IMG/VR virus record: IMGVR_UViG_3300021431_000014
DNA length: 64,000 nucleotides
Strand: one strand, 5' to 3'
From: an uncultured virus (IMG/VR IMGVR_UViG_3300021431_000014)
Taxonomy: Duplodnaviria; Heunggongvirae; Uroviricota; Caudoviricetes
This document shows positions 19,812 through 27,811 of the stretch, one piece after another (within the stretch, counting starts at the first letter, position 1; each line of letters starts with the position of its first letter). The notes under the pieces were generated by a model, which made no database searches, had not been told where the DNA came from, and was given only the letters and a program-made list of their open reading frames with translations. The position numbers and the translations under genes were made by a program.

Positions 19812-20092
19812 TGGAAAAAGTAAATCATCCTGCACATTATCAGCAGGAAGGTAAAAAAGAGTGTATTTGGCAAATGATAGAAGATTACGGCAAAAAAGTG
19901 ACTGCAATATTTTGTATAACTAATGCTTACAAGTATTTATATAGAGCAGGAAATAAACCGGATGCTCCGTTAAAAGAAGATAAGGCAAAAGCAAAATGGT
20001 ATATTGACTTTGTGGAGACTCATTTATTTTCAAGCATACAGGGTGCAAATTTGATACGAATGTATAGAGATGTAAAGAAAGGATTAAAATGA
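19811..20092 (+). CDS. DUF3310 family protein
   Basis: VNHPAHY...ECI...NAYKYLYRAG.K...ED..KA.WY. Confidence 0.8.
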   Translation: MEKVNHPAHYQQEGKKECIWQMIEDYGKKVTAIFCITNAYKYLYRAGNKPDAPLKEDKAKAKWYIDFVETHLFSSIQGANLIRMYRDVKKGLK

Positions 20093-20775
20093 TTAAAGTT
20101 GAACATATAGATGTATGGGGATTTGAACATGCTATCAGAGGAATGAGAAATCCGATGAATAGCTGGGATTATAGTGACAGTGAACGCAAAGGTATAAATA
20201 CTTGGATGTCAATGAACGCCGCTATGACAAGAAGCGGATATGAAATTGGGCCAAATGATTTAGACCTTATGAAAAGATTATATAAGGCCGGTCCAGAACA
20301 TAGAAAGTATCTTAGACAAATCTTTGTCAGTATGGATATAGTGGCTCCTCTTTATTGGTGGAAAGAGTTTGATACCTATAAAGTAGGCACAGTTGCTAAT
20401 TCTTGTTCTACTATGCATAAGATTACTGCTAAAGAGTTTGAGTTGGATGATTTTAGTCACGAACATTTGATTTCAGATGAAAATGAGATGTTTAACGATG
20501 AATGGTTTGGATTTACGGGAGAAACGATATTATTAAGTGTTATTAGTAATTTGAATTTTTGGCGGAACAAGTATTTATTGCATAAAGACAAGAAATATTG
20601 GTGGCAGTTAATACAGTTGCTCCCATCTTCTTATAATCAAAGAAGAACAGTAACAATGAACTATGAAAATGTAGTTTCTATAATTAATCAGCGAACCAAT
20701 CATAAATTAAACGAGTGGAATGATTTCTGTGAAATACTAAAAGGTTTGCCGTATATTGAGGATATTCTGAAATGA
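20089..20775 (+). CDS. ThyX-like flavin-dependent thymidylate-synthase-fold protein
   Basis: HRKYLRQI, APLYWWKEFDTY, NSCSTMH, QLLPSSY, R..HKL.EW; lacks the canonical RHR motif. Confidence 0.6.
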   Translation: MIKVEHIDVWGFEHAIRGMRNPMNSWDYSDSERKGINTWMSMNAAMTRSGYEIGPNDLDLMKRLYKAGPEHRKYLRQIFVSMDIVAPLYWWKEFDTYKVGTVANSCSTMHKITAKEFELDDFSHEHLISDENEMFNDEWFGFTGETILLSVISNLNFWRNKYLLHKDKKYWWQLIQLLPSSYNQRRTVTMNYENVVSIINQRTNHKLNEWNDFCEILKGLPYIEDILK

Positions 20776-21272
20776 ATTATCATAATATAACAAAAGATGA
20801 TATGTTAAACGGTGACGGGCTTAGAACTGTTTTGTGGGTATCTGGGTGTAATCATCATTGTGACGAGTGTCAAAATCCGCAGACATGGGATATTGATTCC
20901 GGAATACATTTCGGTGTAGAGGATGAAAAGGAATTATTCTCTTATTTAGATAAAGATTATTGTTCCGGGATAACGTTTTCCGGAGGTGACCCATTACATC
21001 CTGCAAATAGAAATGTTGTAGCACGATTATGCAGAAGGTTTAGATATCGTTATGATAACACAAAGACTATATGGATATATACAGGTTATCTTTGGGAAGA
21101 TGTAAAAGATTTACCGATTATGGATTATGTCGATGTGTTAGTTGACGGACCGTATATGAAGCAGTTAAGAGATGTTACTGCTGAGTGGGTAGGAAGTACA
21201 AATCAAAGAGTTATAGATGTTCAAGCAAGTTTAGTCCTCGAAAGGGTAGTTTTGTATGAAAAGAAAAAATAG
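20772..21272 (+). CDS. nrdG: anaerobic ribonucleotide reductase activating enzyme
   Basis: NGDGLRTVLWVSGCNHHCDECQNP, SGGDPL, DVLVDG, GSTNQRVID. Confidence 0.9.
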   Translation: MNYHNITKDDMLNGDGLRTVLWVSGCNHHCDECQNPQTWDIDSGIHFGVEDEKELFSYLDKDYCSGITFSGGDPLHPANRNVVARLCRRFRYRYDNTKTIWIYTGYLWEDVKDLPIMDYVDVLVDGPYMKQLRDVTAEWVGSTNQRVIDVQASLVLERVVLYEKKK

Positions 21273-21591
21273 TTTTTATCAACCTATGAAACAATCACCG
21301 ACACTTGTGTTAACGCAGGCGGAGTTAAATAAGATTAAGCAACAAGTCAGAAAAGAAACTGTAGATGAATTGTCAAAGTTTGACGTAGAAGTTATGTTGA
21401 CCTGTTTTGCTATGGTTTTACGCAGAAAGTATAAATGGGGCTATAAACGCATATTTAGAGCGTTGAGCGGTGTTGATGAGTTATTTGGATTAGTGCTTGA
21501 CGGTGAATTGTCTGATGTAGAAATGCGACAGCAATTAGAGGATGAGTGCGGTATAAAGATAAGATGTGACGGAGGAGAAAATGGGGATTAA
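21256..21591 (+). CDS. hypothetical protein
   Basis: 111-aa ORF overlapping both neighbours. Confidence 0.65.
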   Translation: MKRKNSFYQPMKQSPTLVLTQAELNKIKQQVRKETVDELSKFDVEVMLTCFAMVLRRKYKWGYKRIFRALSGVDELFGLVLDGELSDVEMRQQLEDECGIKIRCDGGENGD

Positions 21592-22606
21592 ATTAGATGA
21601 GATTATGAAGAACGCTAATAAGCGGTTTAAAGAAGAAATCATTACACAAGGATTAAATGAGTTTTCTTATAAACGGATTCCTTTCACTTCTCCAAGAATG
21701 AATTATTGCACGTTCGGCGGTATTCCGATAGGTAAAATTACAGAGTTTTACGGTGAAGAACACGGAGGTAAAACTACTACAGCATTAGACATAGTAGCGA
21801 ATTATCAAAACAGCGGTGATAATAGAGATGTATTATATATAGATGCCGAGAATACACTCGATGTTGATTGGGCGAGAAAGATAGGTGTTGATGTAGATAA
21901 GATGTACATCTTACAGCCGAAGTCACAATCTGCTGAAGAAATCTTCCAGATTATATGCGATAGCGTTGACACAGGTGAAGTCGGATTATGGGTACTTGAT
22001 AGCATAGGTGCTTTAATGTCAGCGCAGGAACTCGATAAGAGTATGGAAGATAAAACATACGGCGGTATTGCAAAACCTCTTACATTGTTCGGAAAAAAGA
22101 TTGAAATGCTTATGCAAAGACATAAATGTACAGGTATAGGCATAAATCAAATCAGGGAAGATTTAAACAGTACATGGGGCGGTATATCCACACCTGGCGG
22201 TAAAGCATGGAAACATTTTTGTGCTGTACGTATGCAGTTTAGTCGCGGTAAGTTTATAGACGAAAAAGGAAATGAACTTACACGGTCAGCAGAAAATCCT
22301 GTAGGTAATATTGTTATGATGAGTATGACAAAAAACAAGACTTGTCCGCCCACAAGAAGAACAGGATTTTATACAATCAATTATGAAAACGGCATAGATT
22401 ATTTACGTGACCTTATCGAAGTCTGCATAAAGTATGATATAGTGAAGAAATCTGGTGCTTGGTTTGATATAGTAGATATAGAAACCGGCGAGATATTAGA
22501 AGGTAAGATTCACGGACAGGCCAATGTGTATGAGATACTAAATACAAATGCCGAGATATTGGAAAAGGTCGAAAATCTTGTAGATAAAGTTATGCAAGAA
22601 AATTAA
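21581..22606 (+). CDS. recA: RecA recombinase
   Basis: GEEHGGKTT, YIDAE, VLDS, INQIR, TPGGKAWK, KNKT, KKSGAWF. Confidence 0.95.
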   Translation: MGIKLDEIMKNANKRFKEEIITQGLNEFSYKRIPFTSPRMNYCTFGGIPIGKITEFYGEEHGGKTTTALDIVANYQNSGDNRDVLYIDAENTLDVDWARKIGVDVDKMYILQPKSQSAEEIFQIICDSVDTGEVGLWVLDSIGALMSAQELDKSMEDKTYGGIAKPLTLFGKKIEMLMQRHKCTGIGINQIREDLNSTWGGISTPGGKAWKHFCAVRMQFSRGKFIDEKGNELTRSAENPVGNIVMMSMTKNKTCPPTRRTGFYTINYENGIDYLRDLIEVCIKYDIVKKSGAWFDIVDIETGEILEGKIHGQANVYEILNTNAEILEKVENLVDKVMQEN

Positions 22607-22615
22607 AAATAAGTG

Positions 22616-22644
22616 TTGACAAGTGTAGAAATAAATGTTATACT
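22616..22644 (+). promoter_or_regulatory. sigma-A promoter upstream of tRNA-like RNA 1
   Basis: TTGACA-17-TATACT with extended TG. Confidence 0.75.
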
Positions 22645-22674
22645 ACATAATGTAAAGAGAAGTAAGAAATAAGT

Positions 22675-22796
22675 GATGCGATGGCGGAATAGGTAGACGC
22701 ATAGGGGATAAGACTTATTGCAGACTGGATTCAGCGTTTGACGGCATCCCACTGGCGAATATAAGTTATGTAAGGTGCAAATCCTTACTCGCATCA
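22675..22796 (+). ncRNA. atypical tRNA-like RNA 1
   Basis: Acceptor GATGCGA/TCGCATC, Leu-type D arm GCGGAATAGGTAGACGC, about 68-nt central insert, 6-bp T stem GTAAGG/CCTTAC with TGCAAAT loop. Confidence 0.7.
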
Positions 22797-22826
22797 CTAA
22801 TAAAAACTCAAGAAAGGATGAAAACT

Positions 22827-23150
22827 ATGAAAAGATATTTAATTAAAGTAACGTATCTTGAAGGACCGCATACAGGTGATACATATTTGCTTTGTAAGGG
22901 CGGATATGTGACAGAGGAAGGACGTATAGAATGGGACGATACTACTTATGTAACAAAAGGTATTGCTCAGAGAGAATGTAATAGATTGAAAGCGGCTAAT
23001 GATACTAATATAAATATTGAGAGAAGGAGTCGTGAATGGGCTGAAAAACGTGGAAAAACGTTTAGAAGCTGGAATATTTATGAAGCAAAGTCTTATGAGC
23101 CGTATGAAGTAGATGTATTAGACGCATGTATAAAACTCAAGAAAGGATGA
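22827..23150 (+). CDS. hypothetical protein
   Basis: ORF flanked by a 22-bp direct repeat containing the RBS. Confidence 0.65.
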   Translation: MKRYLIKVTYLEGPHTGDTYLLCKGGYVTEEGRIEWDDTTYVTKGIAQRECNRLKAANDTNINIERRSREWAEKRGKTFRSWNIYEAKSYEPYEVDVLDACIKLKKG

Positions 23151-23155
23151 AAATT

Positions 23156-23299
23156 ATGATGTGGAAAATTTTTGGCTATGACGTAAGAGGAAATCACAGA
23201 TATCTTTGTAATATGGAAGCCGATAGTTTTGATGAAGTGATGCAGAGAGCTAGAAGTTATTTCGGATATCTTAATGTGACAGGAGCGCAGCCGTTATGA
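23156..23299 (+). CDS. small hypothetical protein (47 aa)
   Basis: Read by hand: GAAAGGA RBS, MMWKIFGYDVRG... Confidence 0.55.
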   Translation: MMWKIFGYDVRGNHRYLCNMEADSFDEVMQRARSYFGYLNVTGAQPL

Positions 23300-23472
23300 A
23301 ATTTTATGTGACAAGAACTTCTGATTGGAAGTATAAAGAACAGGTTGAAATTAATACATTAGAAGAGTTGATAGATTTTGTGAGAGATAATGGTGACATT
23401 ATCATACAAAAACCTTATCCATATAGAGATAACTTACCGTCTATAGAGATTTATGATGATTGGAGAGAATAA
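23296..23472 (+). CDS. small hypothetical protein (58 aa)
   Basis: Read by hand: MKFYVTRTSD...IEIYDDWRE; ATGA overlap. Confidence 0.6.
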   Translation: MKFYVTRTSDWKYKEQVEINTLEELIDFVRDNGDIIIQKPYPYRDNLPSIEIYDDWRE

Positions 23473-23475
23473 ATC

Positions 23476-24024
23476 ATGTTAGAAAACCTCTTAAACGATT
23501 GGAAAGGCGAAGTCGATATAAACGATAAACACTATGACAGCGTAGAAGCGTGTAAAAGCGTTTTTAAGACACTTTCAAGCGACACACATATATTTTTACG
23601 CACGAAGAGTAAAAACGCAAATAAAGCGCAAATAAACGTGCTAGAAGACAAGTTACAGTATAGATTAACTGTCAAAAAATATATGACAGAGAAATCTAGT
23701 CCTGGATTTGACTTCATGGCAAAATGGAATAACGATAATCCGATGCCTTTAAGAACAATGACCGGAACGGTCGAAAAAGAAACAAAAGGCATGGTTTATA
23801 TGAAACTTCATGGACAGGCCGAGCCGGTCGTAAAGTGTATGCGATGCGGTCGAACACTCACACATCCGGTATCTAAGTTATACGGAATAGGGCCGGAATG
23901 TATGAGTAAACTTGGTTTTGTCTGTAATATAGATGAAGTTGAAACTATTAAACAGAAACTTGTAAACGTAACTTGGGAAGGTTGGATTATCAAGAGTAGC
24001 ATTTTAGAAAGGGAAAAAGTATGA
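23476..24024 (+). CDS. DUF6011-type zinc-finger protein
   Basis: CMRCGRTLTHPVSKLYGIGPEC. Confidence 0.7.
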   Translation: MLENLLNDWKGEVDINDKHYDSVEACKSVFKTLSSDTHIFLRTKSKNANKAQINVLEDKLQYRLTVKKYMTEKSSPGFDFMAKWNNDNPMPLRTMTGTVEKETKGMVYMKLHGQAEPVVKCMRCGRTLTHPVSKLYGIGPECMSKLGFVCNIDEVETIKQKLVNVTWEGWIIKSSILEREKV

Positions 24025-24206
24025 AAACAGAGAACAAGTATTGGATTTTTCTTGAAAACTTGCGAAGAAGCGGTGAGACAAATATGTACGGTGCCACACC
24101 ATATTTGCAGAAGGCTTTTGGATTAACTAAGTCCGAAGCACGAAGGATTTTAGCTGATTGGATGAGCAAGTATAACCCGGATGATTATAAAGAGGAGGAA
24201 GAATAA
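24021..24206 (+). CDS. hypothetical protein
   Basis: LRRSGETNMYGA.PYL motif; ATGA overlap. Confidence 0.65.
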   Translation: MKTENKYWIFLENLRRSGETNMYGATPYLQKAFGLTKSEARRILADWMSKYNPDDYKEEEE

Positions 24207-24207
24207 T

Positions 24208-24450
24208 ATGTTAAAAGTAGACCAGAGTGCAACAGTTATTAAAGGAACTAAGATTGTATTGTTAGCAGAGCTGACAACGCTTATTCACGAACTTGTTGTT
24301 GAAGATGGTGTTTTTTCAAAAGAAGACATTGATATGTGTGTGGAAACAGCATTGTTGACGGAAGAAGAGTTGGATAAAAAGACAGCAGATAATATTCGTA
24401 ACTTGTCCGCTGAAGATATAGATAAACTTTTGAAGTTTATTTTATCATAA
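24208..24450 (+). CDS. hypothetical protein
   Basis: GAGGAGG RBS; resembles 31776..31958. Confidence 0.6.
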   Translation: MLKVDQSATVIKGTKIVLLAELTTLIHELVVEDGVFSKEDIDMCVETALLTEEELDKKTADNIRNLSAEDIDKLLKFILS

Positions 24451-24460
24451 TATTTGAGTT

Positions 24461-24545
24461 GCGGGTATGGCGGAATAGGTAGACGCAAAAGACTTAAAAT
24501 CTTTCGATGGCCATCATCGTGTGGGTTCAAGTCCCACTACCCGCA
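24461..24545 (+). tRNA. tRNA-Leu(TAA)
   Basis: GCGGGTA/TACCCGC acceptor, AAAGA-CTTAAAA-TCTTT anticodon arm, long variable arm, GTGGG-TTCAAGT-CCCAC; CCA not encoded. Confidence 0.92.
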
Positions 24546-24611
24546 ATAGCCGGAGTAACACGGTTGTGTACAGGCTGCGAAGAAACGGTGAAAGCACATG
24601 TGTGATTGACA

Positions 24612-24683
24612 ATCCGTATGGTGTAGTGGTTAGTATTGTTTGCCTTTCGGCAGAAGGGGAGTGTTCGAATCGCTCTGCGGATG
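24612..24683 (+). tRNA. degenerate tRNA-Glu(TTC)-like with a 6-nt anticodon loop
   Basis: ATCCGTA/TGCGGAT acceptor, TTTGC-CTTTCG-GCAGA, GAGTG-TTCGAAT-CGCTC. Confidence 0.6.
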
Positions 24684-24736
24684 TTCCATTCAGTGCAAGA
24701 ATGGAGGATTTTGTCTGACAGTGGGAAAGACTACGT

Positions 24737-24845
24737 TATGTGGTGGCGGAAAAGGTAAACGCAGGCTGTATGTCGATGCGAGGCAGTATCTGGCACGAAC
24801 AAAATCTCGCAGTGCTATGTAAGGTGCAAATCCTTACCCACATAA
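24737..24845 (+). ncRNA. atypical tRNA-like RNA 2
   Basis: TATGTGG/CCACATA acceptor, GCGGAAAAGGTAAACGC D arm, central TGCGAGG/TCTCGCA stem, GTAAGG-TGCAAAT-CCTTAC. Confidence 0.7.
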
Positions 24846-24968
24846 TAAACCGCACGGATGGCCGTGGACACAATGATAGTTGAAACACATAGGAGTTTTT
24901 GGTGCGGTATACAAATGAATATGGGCCTCAAGTGGAAAATGGTATGTCTCTCATGAGTACACGCATGT

Positions 24969-25073
24969 TCTCCGGTGACGAAATAGGTAGCCGAGCCATC
25001 CGATTGTTGCGTACATAGGAGGGTGCTTAGACGGGAGTCTTTGCATGTGGGGTGCAAATCCTCACCCGGAGAA
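24969..25073 (+). ncRNA. atypical tRNA-like RNA 3
   Basis: TCTCCGG/CCGGAGA acceptor, ACGAAATAGGTAGCCGA D-like arm, GTGGGG-TGCAAAT-CCTCAC. Confidence 0.65.
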
Positions 25074-25308
25074 TTGCAAGCGAAATAGCCGCTACGGGTA
25101 CATAAGACCTACTGGCAGTATCTTCAATTAAAGTCAGGAGCAAATGCGAGGCGGCTTCTGCGGTAGCTTGTAAAAAACGTGCATGGTATTAATTGGTGTA
25201 CAACGATTGTTTTATGGGGAAGTGAAGAATCTGAACCAACATGCATAAGACCGGTGTGTTAGTGAGCATTAAAGTGCAGTCGAAGGCCAAGACTGCCGCC
25301 GGTAATTT

Positions 25309-25379
25309 CGGAACGTGGTTTAATGGTAAAACAAGCCGGTGACGGTTATTTGATGTAGGTTCAAATCCTGCCGTTCCGA
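25309..25379 (+). tRNA. degenerate tRNA (GTG in a shortened anticodon loop)
   Basis: CGGAACG/CGTTCCG acceptor, GTTTAATGGTAAAAC D arm, AGCC-GGTGAC-GGTT, GTAGG-TTCAAAT-CCTGC. Confidence 0.55.
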
Positions 25380-25513
25380 CTTAGAAATGAAATACTAGCA
25401 GGGTAGTGAATTTTTCACAAGGAATATGCGTGAAGCCGTTACCGTTATTGGAACGGAGATAATCCTACGGAGGGATGACAAATTGAACTGAACTTTGGAT
25501 GGACTACCTATAT

Positions 25514-25585
25514 TGCCCCTTCGCCAAGAGGTAAGGCACAGCACTTTGACTGCTGTATACATCGGTTCGAATCCGATAGGGGTAG
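25514..25585 (+). tRNA. tRNA-Gln(TTG)
   Basis: TGCCCCT/AGGGGTA, GCC-AAGAGGTAA-GGC, CAGCA-CTTTGAC-TGCTG, ATCGG-TTCGAAT-CCGAT. Confidence 0.92.
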
Positions 25586-25611
25586 CTATAAAAAGTTAAG
25601 GAGGAAAAAAT

Positions 25612-25746
25612 ATGAAACTATTTATTGAAACATTAAAACGCATTTTTAGACGAAAGCACTATGCAAGAGTGGATTTAGAAACAGTACAGCGAAACAGAGA
25701 TAGAGTATTTGAGTTTTGGTTAAATACTGATTTGAAAAAATCATGA
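25612..25746 (+). CDS. small hypothetical protein (44 aa)
   Basis: Read by hand: AAGGAGG RBS, MKLFIETLKRIFRRK...; ATGA overlap with the next gene. Confidence 0.6.
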   Translation: MKLFIETLKRIFRRKHYARVDLETVQRNRDRVFEFWLNTDLKKS

Positions 25747-26108
25747 ATACATACGATTTATTTACAGATAAAGATTTAGAGATAGCAGAGTTAGTACAGC
25801 AAAGAAGATATCAAATGCTCATTCATTCCTGTATATATTATCACTTAAATCAGAATATTATTTCAGATAAAAAGTGGGATGACTGGGCAAGAGAATTAAG
25901 AGATTTACAAAATCAATATCCAGAAATATCTGAACAAGTAGTTCTATTTGAGTATTTCAAAGATTGGGACGCATCTACAGGAGCATTTCTACCTATAACA
26001 TTACCGTGGGTTGTCAGTAAAGCAAAATCATTTTTATCTACTCCGGTAAAGTCAATTCAAGAGAAAAAACCACAGAAGAAAACAAATAGTAAAAAGCGTT
26101 TATTTTAA
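25743..26108 (+). CDS. stand-alone NAD-dependent DNA ligase subdomain Ia-like protein
   Basis: HSCIYYHLNQNIISDKKWD....EL..L...YPE matches the LigA Ia YY...P.ISD..YD...EL pattern. Confidence 0.65.
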   Translation: MNTYDLFTDKDLEIAELVQQRRYQMLIHSCIYYHLNQNIISDKKWDDWARELRDLQNQYPEISEQVVLFEYFKDWDASTGAFLPITLPWVVSKAKSFLSTPVKSIQEKKPQKKTNSKKRLF

Positions 26109-26170
26109 CGAAAGCTATTGTGTTTTTCTTAAATGTGTAGTATAATATAAGATAGCAAGGGGGTGAGTAA

Positions 26171-26353
26171 TTGACAACACCGTGTAAGGATTGTAAAGAC
26201 AGACATATGGCTTGTCATGCTGAGTGTGATAAATACAAAGCGTGGAAAGCCGATTTAGACGCACAGCGAATTAAGTGCCGGCAAGATAAGGGACGGACAA
26301 TAGAGTTTGCTGAATATGCACGTGACAGAGAAATCAAAAGAAGACGAAGCTGA
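26171..26353 (+). CDS. Cys-rich hypothetical protein
   Basis: PCKDCKDR...CHAECDKY; TTG start with GGGGGTG RBS. Confidence 0.65.
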   Translation: MTTPCKDCKDRHMACHAECDKYKAWKADLDAQRIKCRQDKGRTIEFAEYARDREIKRRRS

Positions 26354-26364
26354 GAGGAGAAAAT

Positions 26365-26592
26365 ATGACATTAGTAGAACTTCATAGCATTATGGGAGAT
26401 AGAATCAAAGTAACACTCAAAAATGATATGACACCGGAAGAACGGTCTATTGAAAATGAACAGACTAAAATTATTATCGGTGTAGCAAAGCAGATGATTA
26501 ACAACGGTAAACTGATTCTTGAATACGAAAAAGCACTTGCACAGGCCAAGACACTTCAGAAATCGGTTCTTGGTGATATCATTGGGGAGTAA
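26365..26592 (+). CDS. hypothetical protein (HNH-associated)
   Basis: 75-aa ORF coupled to the HNH-like gene. Confidence 0.65.
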   Translation: MTLVELHSIMGDRIKVTLKNDMTPEERSIENEQTKIIIGVAKQMINNGKLILEYEKALAQAKTLQKSVLGDIIGE

Positions 26593-26594
26593 TA

Positions 26595-27479
26595 ATGGGT
26601 ACTAAGCGATACACTGATGCTCAAATTATGTGGCTTAGAATTAACGGATATTCACGTGTATGGAAGAATCGAACAGAGTTCAGAACCGCTTTTAATAAAA
26701 CATTTGGATTAAGTTTAGATACATATAAATTTAATAATCTGATTGATTATTATAAGATAAAAATTTGTTCTAAACAGAGTGAATCAATATTTAGTAATGA
26801 ACAAAAACAGTGGCTTATAGATAATGCAAAATCTGGCAGATTTAAAAATTGTAAACATCTTACAGATACTTATAATGCATTATTTAAAGAGTGCCGGAAA
26901 AGTGGAAATATAAATTCTTATTTAAGTGATTGGGGCGTTTTTCTTAATACCAAGTATAAAGAATCTTATTATTCTGAAGATATGAATAGTTGGTTGATAA
27001 ATAATTACTTGTCTTTTGATTCAATAGAAGATGCAGTAAAAGCGTTTAATAAAGAGTTTGGCGTTGATAAGTCATGGTCTGCACTTGTTCATCATTGTAA
27101 ACGAATTGGATTAAAAAGAAATTCGAATAAATTTTGTAAAGGTCATGCATCACCAAGAAAACGCAACGTCGGTGATATTGTTAAACGACAGCGAGAGAAT
27201 TGGATTAAAGTTAATGCAAATGGAAATAAAGATGATTGGATTCCGTTACGTAAATATGTATGGGAACAGACATATGGAAAAGTACCAGACGGATATTGTG
27301 TAGTATTTCTTACAGATGATTATACTGATACATCTATTAATAATCTTGGATTAGTTGATAGACGAGGAACTATGATTATGAGTAAATTAGACTGGTGGAC
27401 AGATAATAGAGTTATTACGAAGAGTGGTCTACAGTGGTGTAATTTATATCTTACAGCAAAAGATAATGGAGTGATGTGA
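26595..27479 (+). CDS. HNH endonuclease-like protein with three N-terminal helical repeats
   Basis: Repeats YTDAQIMWL / FSNEQKQWL / YSEDMNSWL; YVWEQTYGKVPDGYCVVF...NNL.LV. Confidence 0.7.
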   Translation: MGTKRYTDAQIMWLRINGYSRVWKNRTEFRTAFNKTFGLSLDTYKFNNLIDYYKIKICSKQSESIFSNEQKQWLIDNAKSGRFKNCKHLTDTYNALFKECRKSGNINSYLSDWGVFLNTKYKESYYSEDMNSWLINNYLSFDSIEDAVKAFNKEFGVDKSWSALVHHCKRIGLKRNSNKFCKGHASPRKRNVGDIVKRQRENWIKVNANGNKDDWIPLRKYVWEQTYGKVPDGYCVVFLTDDYTDTSINNLGLVDRRGTMIMSKLDWWTDNRVITKSGLQWCNLYLTAKDNGVM

Positions 27480-27811
27480 TGAATACAAGATATTATTCAA
27501 AACAGCAGGAAAAGAAAGTAGCAAAAGCAGTTAGCGGAAGAAGAACAGCTAACAGCGGTGCAACACCTTTTCAGAAAGGTGATGTAGTAACAAAAGATTG
27601 GCTTATTGAGTGTAAGACGAAAACAAAGGATTGTTCCTCATTTACAATCAAAGAAGATTGGTTACTGAAGAATGAAGAAGAAGCATTTGCAATGGGAAAG
27701 AACAATTCAGCATTGTGTTTTGACTTCGGTCCGTCAGCGAATAAGAGATACTATGTTATTAGTGAAAGGTTATTTCAAACACTACAAAACTATATGAAGG
27801 AGGAAAACTAA
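27476..27811 (+). CDS. PD-(D/E)XK resolvase-like nuclease
   Basis: QEKKVA...SGA...KGDV...LIECKT. Confidence 0.75.
   Translation: MMNTRYYSKQQEKKVAKAVSGRRTANSGATPFQKGDVVTKDWLIECKTKTKDCSSFTIKEDWLLKNEEEAFAMGKNNSALCFDFGPSANKRYYVISERLFQTLQNYMKEEN

Noticed and set aside
22701..22769. Group I intron or tmRNA explanation for the tRNA-like inserts
   Set aside because: Inserts are only 50-70 nt, with no catalytic core, tag ORF or G3-U70 alanine acceptor
24546..24606. Possible twister or theta ribozyme after tRNA-Leu
   Set aside because: TAACAC...GTACAGGC...GTG is suggestive, but I could not build the required stems and pseudoknots by eye
24521..25057. ORFs 24521, 24640 and 24815
   Set aside because: They overlap tRNA and tRNA-like structures; the region is better explained as non-coding RNA
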